The position numbers and the translations under genes are program-made. From a virus (Duplodnaviria > Caudoviricetes), in the IMG/VR virus record IMGVR_UViG_3300035499_000517, positions 64,001 through 128,000 of that record: DNA of 64,000 nucleotides. One strand, 5' to 3'. The notes beneath the pieces were generated by a model. That model saw only the letters and a list, made by a program, of their open reading frames with translations. It had not been told where the DNA came from and searched no databases. Position 1 is the first letter of the stretch. Every line of letters starts with the position of its first letter. Below are positions 38,197 through 48,265 of this stretch, one piece after another.

Positions 38197-38757
38197 ATGG
38201 GCAAGTTCAACAACGTAACTACAAACCAGGCAAATTCAGGACGTACCGAGCAGTTATCTGTTTGGCTCCGTTCTCATGGATGCTTTTACTTTAAGTATCC
38301 GGAGTTTACCAACTGGCTCAAGGCTCAGGATAACTCTGAGTTCGTCAACAAGACCATCTACGATTCAACAGCTGTTGATGACTTTCATCATTACGCAGAA
38401 GAAGCCATCTTCGATGATGGAATCATGAAGTCTCACTTCGGATGGTTTGAAGACCTTGCAGCAACGGTACTTTCCTATGTCAATAAGATGTGGGATAAGT
38501 ACATGCAGGAAAACGCTGGGAAGAACAAAGAGTGCGTAACTCCGAAGTCTTCTCACAAGTCAGGCACTGATATTTACGAGATCGCAAAAGATCCGCTCTA
38601 TCAGAACGCTGACTATTACGACAATCATACTGGTTACATTTATCAGACCGCTGCGTACAATCGTGCAAAGCGGTTTGGTTTACCAACACCTGGTATCTCA
38701 GTCATTGATGGAACCACCGGTGAGTTACTCGGCTATGCGAAGCCATTTAGTGAGTAA
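38197..38757 (+). CDS. Hypothetical early protein
   Basis: ORF 38119..38757; probable ATG 38197 after GAAAGG. Confidence 0.65.
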   Translation: MGKFNNVTTNQANSGRTEQLSVWLRSHGCFYFKYPEFTNWLKAQDNSEFVNKTIYDSTAVDDFHHYAEEAIFDDGIMKSHFGWFEDLAATVLSYVNKMWDKYMQENAGKNKECVTPKSSHKSGTDIYEIAKDPLYQNADYYDNHTGYIYQTAAYNRAKRFGLPTPGISVIDGTTGELLGYAKPFSE

Positions 38758-38830
38758 CCAAAAAGTAACACAAAGATTGAGAGGGTTTTTAAACCCTCTC
38801 TTTTTTATTAAGAGATTAAGGGAGGATGAA

Positions 38831-39520
38831 ATGAAAAACATTGAATATTTGAAGTATACGTACAATCACCGAAAGGCATTCCGGTTTGTTCTTGATGAAT
38901 TTGTCCGGAAGGATCTTCTTACAGAAGATGAAACTCAGACCATGTACGAACGAGCTGCAATTCATGATTTAGACAAAGCGTTTCTTTACACACTGATTGA
39001 GAAACCGCTTGCTTCTGAATATCACAAGCTTACAGCACCTCATCATATAAGAAGAGAGAATCCAACACACGGGCTTACTTATGATTACCTCGAAGCAATT
39101 ATCGATTATGAATGCGCCCATTATACAAAGGATGATAAGCCGAAGAATGCATTCGATACGATCAACATGGTTAGCTGGATGACAGATATGGATCGCAAGT
39201 ATATGTTAAAGCTCTGCGATAGATTTGGTATCATGTATTCTTACACAAGAAGTCCAGAGGAACCAGACTGGGTTGCTTATCAGAAATCCTATATGGAAGT
39301 AGCCCCTGATACAGAGGAGAACATCATGTGTGAGATTTACAAGTATTTGACAAATGTAGATCTCTATCAACCACCTGGTCAGCACAGAATCGAATTTGGC
39401 CATGGTACGATTATGCACGATCTCCGCTTAGATTGCAGAGGATATACAATCACACCGGGACTCGTTGAGTACATGGTGAAAAAGAAAATTGATGAGATAA
39501 AATCAGAATCGACGAAATAA
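38831..39520 (+). CDS. HD-superfamily-like (DUF5662-like) metal-dependent hydrolase
   Basis: H...IHDLDK...YHKLTAPHH...EAIIDYECA; ATG 38831 after GGAGG. Confidence 0.6.
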   Translation: MKNIEYLKYTYNHRKAFRFVLDEFVRKDLLTEDETQTMYERAAIHDLDKAFLYTLIEKPLASEYHKLTAPHHIRRENPTHGLTYDYLEAIIDYECAHYTKDDKPKNAFDTINMVSWMTDMDRKYMLKLCDRFGIMYSYTRSPEEPDWVAYQKSYMEVAPDTEENIMCEIYKYLTNVDLYQPPGQHRIEFGHGTIMHDLRLDCRGYTITPGLVEYMVKKKIDEIKSESTK

Positions 39521-39561
39521 GAAGAAAGGCACTTGGATTATTCCTTGTGCCTTTCTTTTTT
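39521..39561. terminator. Bidirectional intrinsic terminator
   Basis: AGAAAGGCAC/GTGCCTTTCT with T-run. Confidence 0.7.
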
Positions 39562-39566
39562 CCCTT

Positions 39567-41969
39567 TTAGGTGTATTTTTGGATGCTCATTGCAATGTAT
39601 AAAAAGATTGCCTTCTTATAATTGATACGGCTTCCTTCCGCTTTGAATGCTTTGTAGATTCCAGTCTCTTCACCCCACATATTTAATATCCGGTTAATTC
39701 TTCCAATATTCGGATCAGTTGAGTTCGTCTTCTTAAACATCGTAGCTGACCAGTATAAGAAATACTGACTCTTAATATCCTTGATTTGTTTGTGATAGGT
39801 GTGAACGTATAAGAAGATCATTGCTTCAATCAAATTTGTCAATTCTTCTAATCGTTCTGTCACCAGAATCTTTCCCAGATAAATGCGTAAATTCGTAATC
39901 GAAATAGAAGCCATCCTGGAAGCTGCTTCTGCCAGCGTAATATCAACTCCATTTGTGATAATTGGAGCAGATACTTTATCTACTTCATTTTGAATCTCTG
40001 TTGAGATGCTTGGTGATGCTTCTATTACTGGACTATCGGGATCGTATTCATCGTTTCTTGTTGCAATTGCATTTCCTTTTTTATGGTTTTCCATATAAAG
40101 ATTTGCGATCGTTCGAAGCATTGAGTTCTGGTCATTTCTGATTCGCTGTAAGAACGCAACACATAAATCATCAGTACCTTTCTTGATATTTTCCTTATGC
40201 ATTTTATACGACCGCTGACCCGATTCACTTAATGCTCCAAAGATCGTTCCTGCTTTCTTTATAATGAACTTATCACTCAAGCTATCAATTGTATAATTCA
40301 TAACTGGAGCGATTACTCCATATGGGAAATACTTGGTAAACATTGACCAGTATACATCGATCTCAAATATTCCAATTGTTGCGTTCACACTCTGCACATC
40401 GTTATGAATTGTGAAGTATCGGAGAATATAGTATAAGAGTGCTAAGAATGGATTTCCATGCAGATATTTAAAATCAGATGAAGATCCACTTGACTTTGTT
40501 ACCTTCGTCATACACTCTGTAATTTCTTCCGGTGTAATCCCAAATAAGGAGTAATAATTTGCTTTGTCTTTCTGCCCAAAGATAATTAAATACTCCGGCC
40601 CGGGAGTTGTTAACTTATCCATGTTTCTTTCGAAAAAGTCCGAAATTAACTTCTTGTAAACCTTGATATTATCCTTATTCGCGAAGCAAGTTTCGACAAT
40701 CGGATAGATTTTATTAAGAAGCACTTTATCTGCTTTAATTGCTGCTTCCATATAAGCAACCATTTCATTTGTCCCATATTTTCCAAAGAAGTCCTTCATT
40801 GGATCTCCTTCTTCAGTAATCGGTTTATCATTTCCATGTAAATACATACGATAATTATTCGTTCTCCCTTCTGCAACTTCTTTTATAGATTCTTTGGATT
40901 TTTTAAACCCATAAGATTCATAAATGTGAATTGCAATTTCATTATCTTTTGCAACGCCAAGAGCGGTTGCACCTTTCTTGACACAATAATCAAGAAGCTG
41001 TCTTGCAAGTCCAGCTCCTCTATATTCAGGAAGGATCTCAAGTGCAGTAATCCAGATGAGTCCATCTTTTTCTTTATTACAACAAACGTAAGCAACAAGT
41101 TTTGTCATATCAAAGAATCCATCACAAATATCACTGGATGCTTCTACGTGACGTAATAATTTCACTTGATCTTTGTAACGATTGATAGATGCTTCGTCAA
41201 GATGTTTTACAGAAAAACTGCTAAGATTTAATCGTTTCTTTTTCTCAAAATCTTTCTCCATGGCACTTGCCATGGGAGTCTCTTCAAACTCTTTTGCTGA
41301 TCCGTCCTCCTCAACTGGTTCATCACCATAGGCTTCCTTCATTGCTTTATACAAATCATCTATCTGCGAATTCGTACTAAAGTACCACTGTAAAAAGAAG
41401 GGGAGATCTTTTACAGATGCTCCATTCCGCTTCATTGCTCTATAAATAGATTTAAGAGCAGAAGTTCCTTTTAATATCGTAGGCTCTGATGTATAAGGTG
41501 GTTTCTCACCTTTCTTCACAGTCTCGTACAATTGAATTCCTTCAATTACAAACTTCGCAGGTTTTCTCTTTTTACACCAATTGATTATATATGAGATGAA
41601 TTCTCGATAAGCATTTAAGAAGTCTTCTCCCCTTGGTTTCTCTTCCATGTTTTTATACTTCGGATGAGACTGTAAAAAGTCATAACAAGCTGGAACATGC
41701 TCGCGAAGATTTTCTTCTTCAATCCTCTTATCAAAATACCATTCCAAAATATCTAACTCAATATAATCTTCACACTTGTATTTGGAAGCTAATTGCTTTG
41801 CAAGTGTTGTTTTTCCACTTCCAGAGAATCCGGTAATTAGGATAATATTACTTTTACCAGATTCGAATTTATCCATATTTATATAAAGATCTTTTCGATC
41901 AATTATCACGTTCTCTTCAAATAATTCAACCGAATCAAACGGATCATCATAAAGAGGTCCTGTATTCAT
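39567..41969 (-). CDS. Multidomain late protein: P-loop kinase + GNAT acetyltransferase + C-terminal helical domain
   Basis: IILITGFSGSGKTTLAKQLA; WITALEILPEYRGAGLARQLL...DNEIAIHIYESYGF; follows late promoter. Confidence 0.8.
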   Translation of the reverse strand: MNTGPLYDDPFDSVELFEENVIIDRKDLYINMDKFESGKSNIILITGFSGSGKTTLAKQLASKYKCEDYIELDILEWYFDKRIEEENLREHVPACYDFLQSHPKYKNMEEKPRGEDFLNAYREFISYIINWCKKRKPAKFVIEGIQLYETVKKGEKPPYTSEPTILKGTSALKSIYRAMKRNGASVKDLPFFLQWYFSTNSQIDDLYKAMKEAYGDEPVEEDGSAKEFEETPMASAMEKDFEKKKRLNLSSFSVKHLDEASINRYKDQVKLLRHVEASSDICDGFFDMTKLVAYVCCNKEKDGLIWITALEILPEYRGAGLARQLLDYCVKKGATALGVAKDNEIAIHIYESYGFKKSKESIKEVAEGRTNNYRMYLHGNDKPITEEGDPMKDFFGKYGTNEMVAYMEAAIKADKVLLNKIYPIVETCFANKDNIKVYKKLISDFFERNMDKLTTPGPEYLIIFGQKDKANYYSLFGITPEEITECMTKVTKSSGSSSDFKYLHGNPFLALLYYILRYFTIHNDVQSVNATIGIFEIDVYWSMFTKYFPYGVIAPVMNYTIDSLSDKFIIKKAGTIFGALSESGQRSYKMHKENIKKGTDDLCVAFLQRIRNDQNSMLRTIANLYMENHKKGNAIATRNDEYDPDSPVIEASPSISTEIQNEVDKVSAPIITNGVDITLAEAASRMASISITNLRIYLGKILVTERLEELTNLIEAMIFLYVHTYHKQIKDIKSQYFLYWSATMFKKTNSTDPNIGRINRILNMWGEETGIYKAFKAEGSRINYKKAIFLYIAMSIQKYT

Positions 41970-41995
41970 ATTATTTCCCTCATTTCTTTAGACTT

Positions 41996-42007
41996 TAAAA
42001 ATCTGTT
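41996..42007 (-). promoter_or_regulatory. Putative late promoter AACA-N6-TA
   Basis: Minus strand AACAGATTTTTA. Confidence 0.65.
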
Positions 42008-42017
42008 TTTAAGGGGT

Positions 42018-42048
42018 AAAAAGAAGAGATGCCGAAGCATCTCTTCTT
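42018..42048 (-). terminator. Intrinsic terminator after tail tube gene
   Basis: AAGAAGAGATGC-TTCG-GCATCTCTTCTT then T-run on minus strand. Confidence 0.8.
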
Positions 42049-42064
42049 AAATAAACGCAATGTA

Positions 42065-43018
42065 TTATGAATTATTACGAGCACCAATCTGTGTGTAAGA
42101 CGGAGTAACCTTCTCAAGGGTCTCTTTATCGAGTGTCTGTGATGTTGCACTTGCATCAGAGTTGCTGATCTTTGTACGATATGTAAGATCACCCTGACTG
42201 ACAATCTGACCATTGGCAGGATTGTAACCTGTGCTAGTTGCGAAACGGCCGCTCTTTGAATCGAGACCTGTGTAGAACTCAAGAGAGTTAACCATAATCT
42301 GATTCTGCTTCAGAAGAAGCGCTGCCTTCTCGTTGACATCGATACCATGATACGGTGTGCAGGTAAACTCAAGATCAAGCTCGACCTTATCGTGTTCTCC
42401 AGCACTTGAATCAAAATGCTGAATCGGTACGGCCTTCGGGATACAGTTTGCAAACATAACAGCGTACTCAACCTTCATACCGGTTCTGTCTGTTACCACA
42501 TAGATAAACTCTGCGGTCTCGTTTGCCTGTGAGTAAGCAAGGTCACCAGATGCGATCAGTCCATTGTAATGAGCTAATCCACCATTCTCATCTGCGATAC
42601 CATTGATCCAAGTACTATGAATCTCACGGATTGGAGATCCGGAGAACTCAAATACCTTAATGGTAAAGCTGTTCATACCATTCTTCGATACAGTCGGAAT
42701 GGTAAAGGTTTTTCCTGAATAACCACCGGTGATATCGGTTGTATCCAACTCAAGGTTAGATAATCCAGAAACACCCATATTACCATACTCAAGAATATGT
42801 CTGTAAGCATCGAACCTTGAGGTTCCTTTGCTTACTTCGTAATATTTCTTTACGAATGCCGGCTCTCTTACCATGAATAAACGGTAGAAGCCAGTTACGA
42901 GTGGATCATAACTTGCCAGCACGTCATGTGTGACATTAAGACCACCCATCATCAAGGAGTATTTTGTGATATCAGTTGCGTTAAACTGATTTGCACCGCT
43001 CTGAATTGATATAGGCAT
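42065..43018 (-). CDS. Tail tube protein (jumbo myophage type)
   Basis: Immediately downstream of sheath; FTIKVFEFSGSPI...WINGI...AEFIYVVTD...FANCIPK...VELDLEF tube-like beta pattern. Confidence 0.75.
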   Translation of the reverse strand: MPISIQSGANQFNATDITKYSLMMGGLNVTHDVLASYDPLVTGFYRLFMVREPAFVKKYYEVSKGTSRFDAYRHILEYGNMGVSGLSNLELDTTDITGGYSGKTFTIPTVSKNGMNSFTIKVFEFSGSPIREIHSTWINGIADENGGLAHYNGLIASGDLAYSQANETAEFIYVVTDRTGMKVEYAVMFANCIPKAVPIQHFDSSAGEHDKVELDLEFTCTPYHGIDVNEKAALLLKQNQIMVNSLEFYTGLDSKSGRFATSTGYNPANGQIVSQGDLTYRTKISNSDASATSQTLDKETLEKVTPSYTQIGARNNS

Positions 43019-43037
43019 TTATCTCATCTCCTTTCTT

Positions 43038-45095
43038 TTATTCTTCATCATCGTCGTCTGCCTGATACTCGCGCTCATTCACATCGATCTCGATAAGTGT
43101 AATCTTTGATCTCTGTGCGAATGTAACTGCCGCATAAACATGCGTAATGTTACGACGCTGCTCATAAGCGTTAGACTTGTACTGGATATCCAAAGTTTCA
43201 AAGTACGTACCAACCATGTAGCTGTACTTGTCAACCAGATAATCACGGAACTCGGAACGAAGTTTCGGAGTTGTGATCTTGTTTCTGTTTACGCGAACCT
43301 CATCCTCAAGAATTCTCTTAAGTCTGAAGATTGCGATAACGTTCGGCTCCTCAAGGAGCTCGCTGTCGCTATGAACATACATGGACTGAGTTGCACGGAT
43401 GAACGTATCATCTCCGACATCCTCGAAGTAGTTGATACGAGCATCGTAAAGCTCCTGCTTAAGATCAGTCTCGTTCTCAGCGATTGCCGGATGCAGGGAA
43501 TTCTTAACATGACCAGAAAGAGTCATTACATCACCAGTTCTATCTGCAATCTCTCCATAGTTTGCACGGATGCTTGCATCTGTACCAGCCAAGAAGTAGG
43601 TCGAAGTTACGGCGATTCTCTTTCCAGTTGCTGCCTCTTTGATGTAATACCAATGGGTATTTACAGATACCGGCCAAGTGTCTGAGAAGTTCTCAAACTC
43701 ATCGATCAGGTCATCCAGAGGAGCGAAATCTGCTTCCATTGTATTAATATCGATGCTACCGAGTTCCTCGGTAAGTCCAGTATCCAGATAGACCGGACCA
43801 GATGCACGATACATTCCAAGTCTTGCCAACTGAACTTTTACATCCATGCTGTAATTCGCATCAAAGAGAGCCAGAGACTCTACACGACGCGGTGCAAGAA
43901 TCATCTTGTCAAATTTGCCGGTAAATGCTTTAATATAAGCAGCATCAACAGCAGCCTGAACGGTTGCAGTATCACTGCCAGCAAAAGCACCATCGCTACC
44001 ACCAGCAAGGCTATTTCCAGCGATGTCATCTACAACAGCAAGTGATGTTGCTGTGTAAGCGGCTGCATCATAGTCATCAGCTTCGGTATCTACATCGCCA
44101 TCAAGTGGCTGTGTAAATGTGATGTATGGCTCACTCGGAGTCACACGAACGCGCTGCTGCTTTACAGCCAGACCGTAGAACGGATCGAACTCGTCAACAT
44201 CCGGAACGGTTACAGCTTCTGTCGGATTATTCTCAAGGATCTTAGCGCAGAATGCTGAATAAGCAGCATAGAGCTTCTCGAAGTTTGCTTCATATGCATG
44301 AATGTCAGCATAGAGCGTTGCTTCGCTTGCATCCTCGATCACATCGTTGATGAAAATGGTATCTGATACCTTTCCAGAACTTACCATTGAGCCGATCTTT
44401 GTGTTAACTACAGTAGCACCATCAGTAACATCGATGATCTCGAAGCGGTATACCTTAATACCATACTCCTTCTCATAATCATCATCAGCAACGATTCTCC
44501 AGCGGAGATTCTTGCCATAGTCACCACGGCCAATTGCCGTAAATAAAACGAGAGGAATTTGAGTGTATCCCTCATCGTCCTGGTAAACGCCATCGACTGC
44601 AGCACCATCGGTGTTTTCTGCATACTCGATAAGGAGATCACGGTCACCAAGAATCTTTGTCATTCCTGCTACACCGGTTGTCTCGTCAGAATCTACAGTA
44701 ATATTCTTTGTTGTAAATTTGATGCGGAAAGCTTTGTTTTCAACATCTTCTTTGTACCATAAGGAAAGAACACTGTTTGCATACAGGGCATCATCTGCCG
44801 TTACACGCATACTCCAAACTACAGTATTAGACTGTGAAAGGATAACGCCAGGCATTAAGTGTGCCTGACCATACTTGCGGTAATTTGTTTTACCAAACAT
44901 GGCTGTCCAGTTCTTGGATGATGTGATTTTTACGAACTTACGGTCAATTCCACGCTCTGCTGCAAATACAGACAGATACGGATATACGACAGTGCTCGAG
45001 CTTACATCCGATAACGCCCCTGAGGTATTGTCATTTATATAAGTTTCCTCATGAGGAAATGTGTTCTTTGGAACAATCTGAACTAAAGACGGCAT
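43038..45095 (-). CDS. Tail sheath protein
   Basis: 685 aa; PHEETYIND N-terminus, FGKTNY, LAGGSDG, LFDANY, LYDARINY, C-terminal ITLIEIDV as in contractile sheaths. Confidence 0.85.
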   Translation of the reverse strand: MPSLVQIVPKNTFPHEETYINDNTSGALSDVSSSTVVYPYLSVFAAERGIDRKFVKITSSKNWTAMFGKTNYRKYGQAHLMPGVILSQSNTVVWSMRVTADDALYANSVLSLWYKEDVENKAFRIKFTTKNITVDSDETTGVAGMTKILGDRDLLIEYAENTDGAAVDGVYQDDEGYTQIPLVLFTAIGRGDYGKNLRWRIVADDDYEKEYGIKVYRFEIIDVTDGATVVNTKIGSMVSSGKVSDTIFINDVIEDASEATLYADIHAYEANFEKLYAAYSAFCAKILENNPTEAVTVPDVDEFDPFYGLAVKQQRVRVTPSEPYITFTQPLDGDVDTEADDYDAAAYTATSLAVVDDIAGNSLAGGSDGAFAGSDTATVQAAVDAAYIKAFTGKFDKMILAPRRVESLALFDANYSMDVKVQLARLGMYRASGPVYLDTGLTEELGSIDINTMEADFAPLDDLIDEFENFSDTWPVSVNTHWYYIKEAATGKRIAVTSTYFLAGTDASIRANYGEIADRTGDVMTLSGHVKNSLHPAIAENETDLKQELYDARINYFEDVGDDTFIRATQSMYVHSDSELLEEPNVIAIFRLKRILEDEVRVNRNKITTPKLRSEFRDYLVDKYSYMVGTYFETLDIQYKSNAYEQRRNITHVYAAVTFAQRSKITLIEIDVNEREYQADDDDEE

Positions 45096-45131
45096 ATATC
45101 TCTACCTCCTTTTTAAAGTCTTTAATTTTCT

Positions 45132-45144
45132 TAATATATTTGTT
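45132..45144 (-). promoter_or_regulatory. Putative late promoter variant AACA-N7-TA
   Basis: Minus strand AACAAATATATTA upstream of sheath. Confidence 0.5.
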
Positions 45145-45195
45145 TCAATGAAGAAATCACGAAAGCCTGAAATTACCCTGTGATTTAAACTTAAG

Positions 45196-45214
45196 TTTCA
45201 CTTATATATTATTT
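45196..45214 (+). promoter_or_regulatory. Putative early promoter motif
   Basis: TTTCACTTATATATTATTT. Confidence 0.75.
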
Positions 45215-45264
45215 ATTTAGGTATATGAGATAAACGTGTACCAAACGAGAAAGGAGAAAGAGAC

Positions 45265-46377
45265 ATGATAAAAAGAAAACTTTTTAGCTCACCAGGTCTG
45301 TTTGAAGAAATGACAAAACCTGATGACAAGTACCGACCTTCCACTATCATAAAAATCCGATTGGACGATACACCCATTATGGAGAGTAAAGATGTTGATG
45401 CTAGTGATAGTGATGAGTATAAAAATCTTATAAAGCGAGCAGCATTGCTTCGGCTACTCTCTATCAGTAGGTCTGTCACAATGGCAGTGCTTGAAAAGTA
45501 TGCAATTATTGAGATGGATATCCATAATAGCGAGTTGGTTAAAGATTATGCTACAGCTGCTGAAAAGAGATCTGTACTTCATTGCATTCAGGAATCGTCT
45601 AATGGGAATATCCTAGTGCAATTCTTCCAGCATAAATATGAAGGAGATGATTTAGTAACTCGATTTATCGGGCATGACAAACCAAAGATTTTCTTTAAAA
45701 ATAAGACATTGAAGTTTAGTGAGGTTTTAGATTATGATGTAACTGGATACTTCTTCCCATTTAAGAATCCAAATCATAGAGGATTGACAGTGTATGATGA
45801 GTTTGGAATCCAGAATCCATTCACAAATAAGAAAAAGGAAGATACTTATGAAGGTGATGATGACTTGATTATGCTTTTGCCTTTTGCAATGCAATTTATT
45901 CATGACTATCGCAGATGTAGATTCAGCCCTATATCACAGATGAATTACGTGCATATTTGTTATATTGACATTGAAAGGTCTTTGTATGCATTGATCAAAG
46001 ATAAGTGTCAGCAGGAGGCATATTATGAAGTAGCAGGAATGAATTTTCCAAAATATTGTGATCCTTATGATGAAAACCCAAGTCCTCGCAATCTTACACC
46101 ACATCAAGAATGTATAAACCTCATGAATATCGTGAACGAAACACCAGAAGTTTTAACGATATACTTCAATCGTGTAGCTGATCTTATTCAAAAGGTGAAG
46201 TCTGGAGATAGATATTTACCATATCCTCTTAAGGATGTTAATCCTGCAGAACTTATGGAGGATTTGAGTGATCTCTTTAATAAATATTTCCCAGAATCCA
46301 TGGTAATTTGGGAAGTTGCAGCAACTATTGCAGATAGAGTTTCAAAAGAAAAGAATTGGAAAGGAGACAACGAATGA
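45265..46377 (+). CDS. Hypothetical protein, paralog A1
   Basis: KRAALLRLLS, FSEVLDYDVTGYFFPFKN, DYRR shared with next gene. Confidence 0.8.
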   Translation: MIKRKLFSSPGLFEEMTKPDDKYRPSTIIKIRLDDTPIMESKDVDASDSDEYKNLIKRAALLRLLSISRSVTMAVLEKYAIIEMDIHNSELVKDYATAAEKRSVLHCIQESSNGNILVQFFQHKYEGDDLVTRFIGHDKPKIFFKNKTLKFSEVLDYDVTGYFFPFKNPNHRGLTVYDEFGIQNPFTNKKKEDTYEGDDDLIMLLPFAMQFIHDYRRCRFSPISQMNYVHICYIDIERSLYALIKDKCQQEAYYEVAGMNFPKYCDPYDENPSPRNLTPHQECINLMNIVNETPEVLTIYFNRVADLIQKVKSGDRYLPYPLKDVNPAELMEDLSDLFNKYFPESMVIWEVAATIADRVSKEKNWKGDNE

Positions 46378-47405
46378 AAGACACAAGAAAAGAGTACGTG
46401 CTAATCTTTGCAAGATTATGTACAAAAACACCAGCTAGAACAGGGAATCCACTTCTTGCAACAATTGAGAATATCTCAGTGGAAGATGAAGATGAGCACA
46501 TGATGCTAGTAAAGAGGGCAGCATTTCTTCGGTTATTATCAGTAAGCAGCGATGTATCAATTATTGCAGATACAGACAATGCTGTTTTCATGTTTGATAG
46601 AAATGACTGGAAGGTATCGGATACTAGAGGGGAATATTCACCTCTTACAAATTCCGTTCAGTTTTCATCCATGCTTGAGTTTATTACCTCTGGTATAAAT
46701 GCTAATTATAAGATTAACGCAACTTTAAGTGACTTTGAGGAAGCGAAAGCAAAAATCGGTGGAGATACCATTACCGAATTTGAACACCGGGATTTACAGT
46801 TTTCAGAAGTTATCGATTCTGATGTTACGGGATTTATTTATCCATTTAAGAACAACACGCACAGGAGCCTTGCAATATACAAGGAATTCAATCTCCATGT
46901 ATCACACGTATATCCAAGATTTTCTAAGAAGCATCCGGCTGGCTATGAAGTTTCAGCAGAGTGTGCTCTGGCATTTATGATTGATTACAGGAGAATGACG
47001 AATGATGATATCACAAATCGATTTTATTGTGAGAAGTTAAAGGTATATGCTATTCTCTATGGTATTTTTGATGATTGCTCAGATTTATTTGAATTTGAAG
47101 GACCGAGATCACTCTGGAATTCAGAAGAGGAGAAAGCAGAGTCAATCCTTTCAATCAAGAAGGATTATCTGGAGTTCATGGGATTCGTATCAGAGGAACC
47201 GATTATATTATATGATTTCTTCAATCGTCTGAAAAAGGTCATGGATAACTATGAAAAATTTGGAAGATCAGTGGTTCCGGAGAATGTAAAAGCCAACATG
47301 GATCTCATCGTTCGTTTCTTCCGCACTGTTTTTAATGATTCCATGAGCATTCAGGAGATCATTACAAAGGCAGAGAATCACATTCCGAGGAGTCACATCA
47401 ATTAA
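46374..47405 (+). CDS. Hypothetical protein, paralog A2
   Basis: KRAAFLRLLS, FSEVIDSDVTGFIYPFKN, DYRR; ATGA overlap. Confidence 0.8.
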   Translation: MKDTRKEYVLIFARLCTKTPARTGNPLLATIENISVEDEDEHMMLVKRAAFLRLLSVSSDVSIIADTDNAVFMFDRNDWKVSDTRGEYSPLTNSVQFSSMLEFITSGINANYKINATLSDFEEAKAKIGGDTITEFEHRDLQFSEVIDSDVTGFIYPFKNNTHRSLAIYKEFNLHVSHVYPRFSKKHPAGYEVSAECALAFMIDYRRMTNDDITNRFYCEKLKVYAILYGIFDDCSDLFEFEGPRSLWNSEEEKAESILSIKKDYLEFMGFVSEEPIILYDFFNRLKKVMDNYEKFGRSVVPENVKANMDLIVRFFRTVFNDSMSIQEIITKAENHIPRSHIN

Positions 47406-47422
47406 TAAAAGGAGGGATTTTT

Positions 47423-48265
47423 ATGTCAAATGAAACCAATGAAGCAGGAGATATAAAGTGTTTTAATGTAGAAAGTCTCTTGCATGTAAAACGAATCCGA
47501 TACATATCGGAATCAGATGTTCCTTGTAGAAAAGGAACGAAATCAGTAGTAGATGCTTTCAAGAACGACGATTACACAAGTACTTGGTGCATCGTGGAGT
47601 ACGATGATTATAATCAGATGCAGATTGTACTGGTTACCGATTGTCGAGAAAGGGACCTGATTTCTTTATTGAATTTTAAGGTAAAGAATGTAGTCGGTGG
47701 TGAATCCCGTTACATCGTGATTCCAGAAGGTGGATATCATTTCAATTATGAGGAAATGGTTGCTTATGAAATAAAGGAAAACGAAGCCTCTGATATGTCA
47801 AATAGAAAGTATGATGCCTATATCGGGAAAGATCGTAGTGGTTATGAAATGATCGATAAGATTGACTATGATAAGCTTTCCATGGAGGAATCTATTATCG
47901 CATATTACACAACCGATAAACAGGTTACGTTTGATGGAAATGCAGCCGATGCATATAAATTGGCAGAGAGTGTCGAAGATGAAAGGAGGCTTGCAAAACG
48001 CGTCGTTGATAGCTGGAATCATTTAATCTGCGTAGCTGCACATGATGGAAAACGTGCTGTTAGAGTTTTAAATGGTTCAAGGGATTTACCATCTGACTTT
48101 GTCGTAGAATACTTCACGAAGAAAGGATATGATGTAATTGCTGAATTTACACATCCTTACGGTGAAGAGAGTTTACGAGAGGGATGGGTTGTTACAGTTT
48201 CCTGGGAGAGAGGAAAACATCGCGATGGTGTTTTCACAAAGATTGGGATGAAGGAGGCACTATGA
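47423..48265 (+). CDS. Hypothetical protein, family B (C-terminal GYD...W domain)
   Basis: VVEYFTKKGYDV...VTVSWE; SD AAGGAGG. Confidence 0.78.
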   Translation: MSNETNEAGDIKCFNVESLLHVKRIRYISESDVPCRKGTKSVVDAFKNDDYTSTWCIVEYDDYNQMQIVLVTDCRERDLISLLNFKVKNVVGGESRYIVIPEGGYHFNYEEMVAYEIKENEASDMSNRKYDAYIGKDRSGYEMIDKIDYDKLSMEESIIAYYTTDKQVTFDGNAADAYKLAESVEDERRLAKRVVDSWNHLICVAAHDGKRAVRVLNGSRDLPSDFVVEYFTKKGYDVIAEFTHPYGEESLREGWVVTVSWERGKHRDGVFTKIGMKEAL

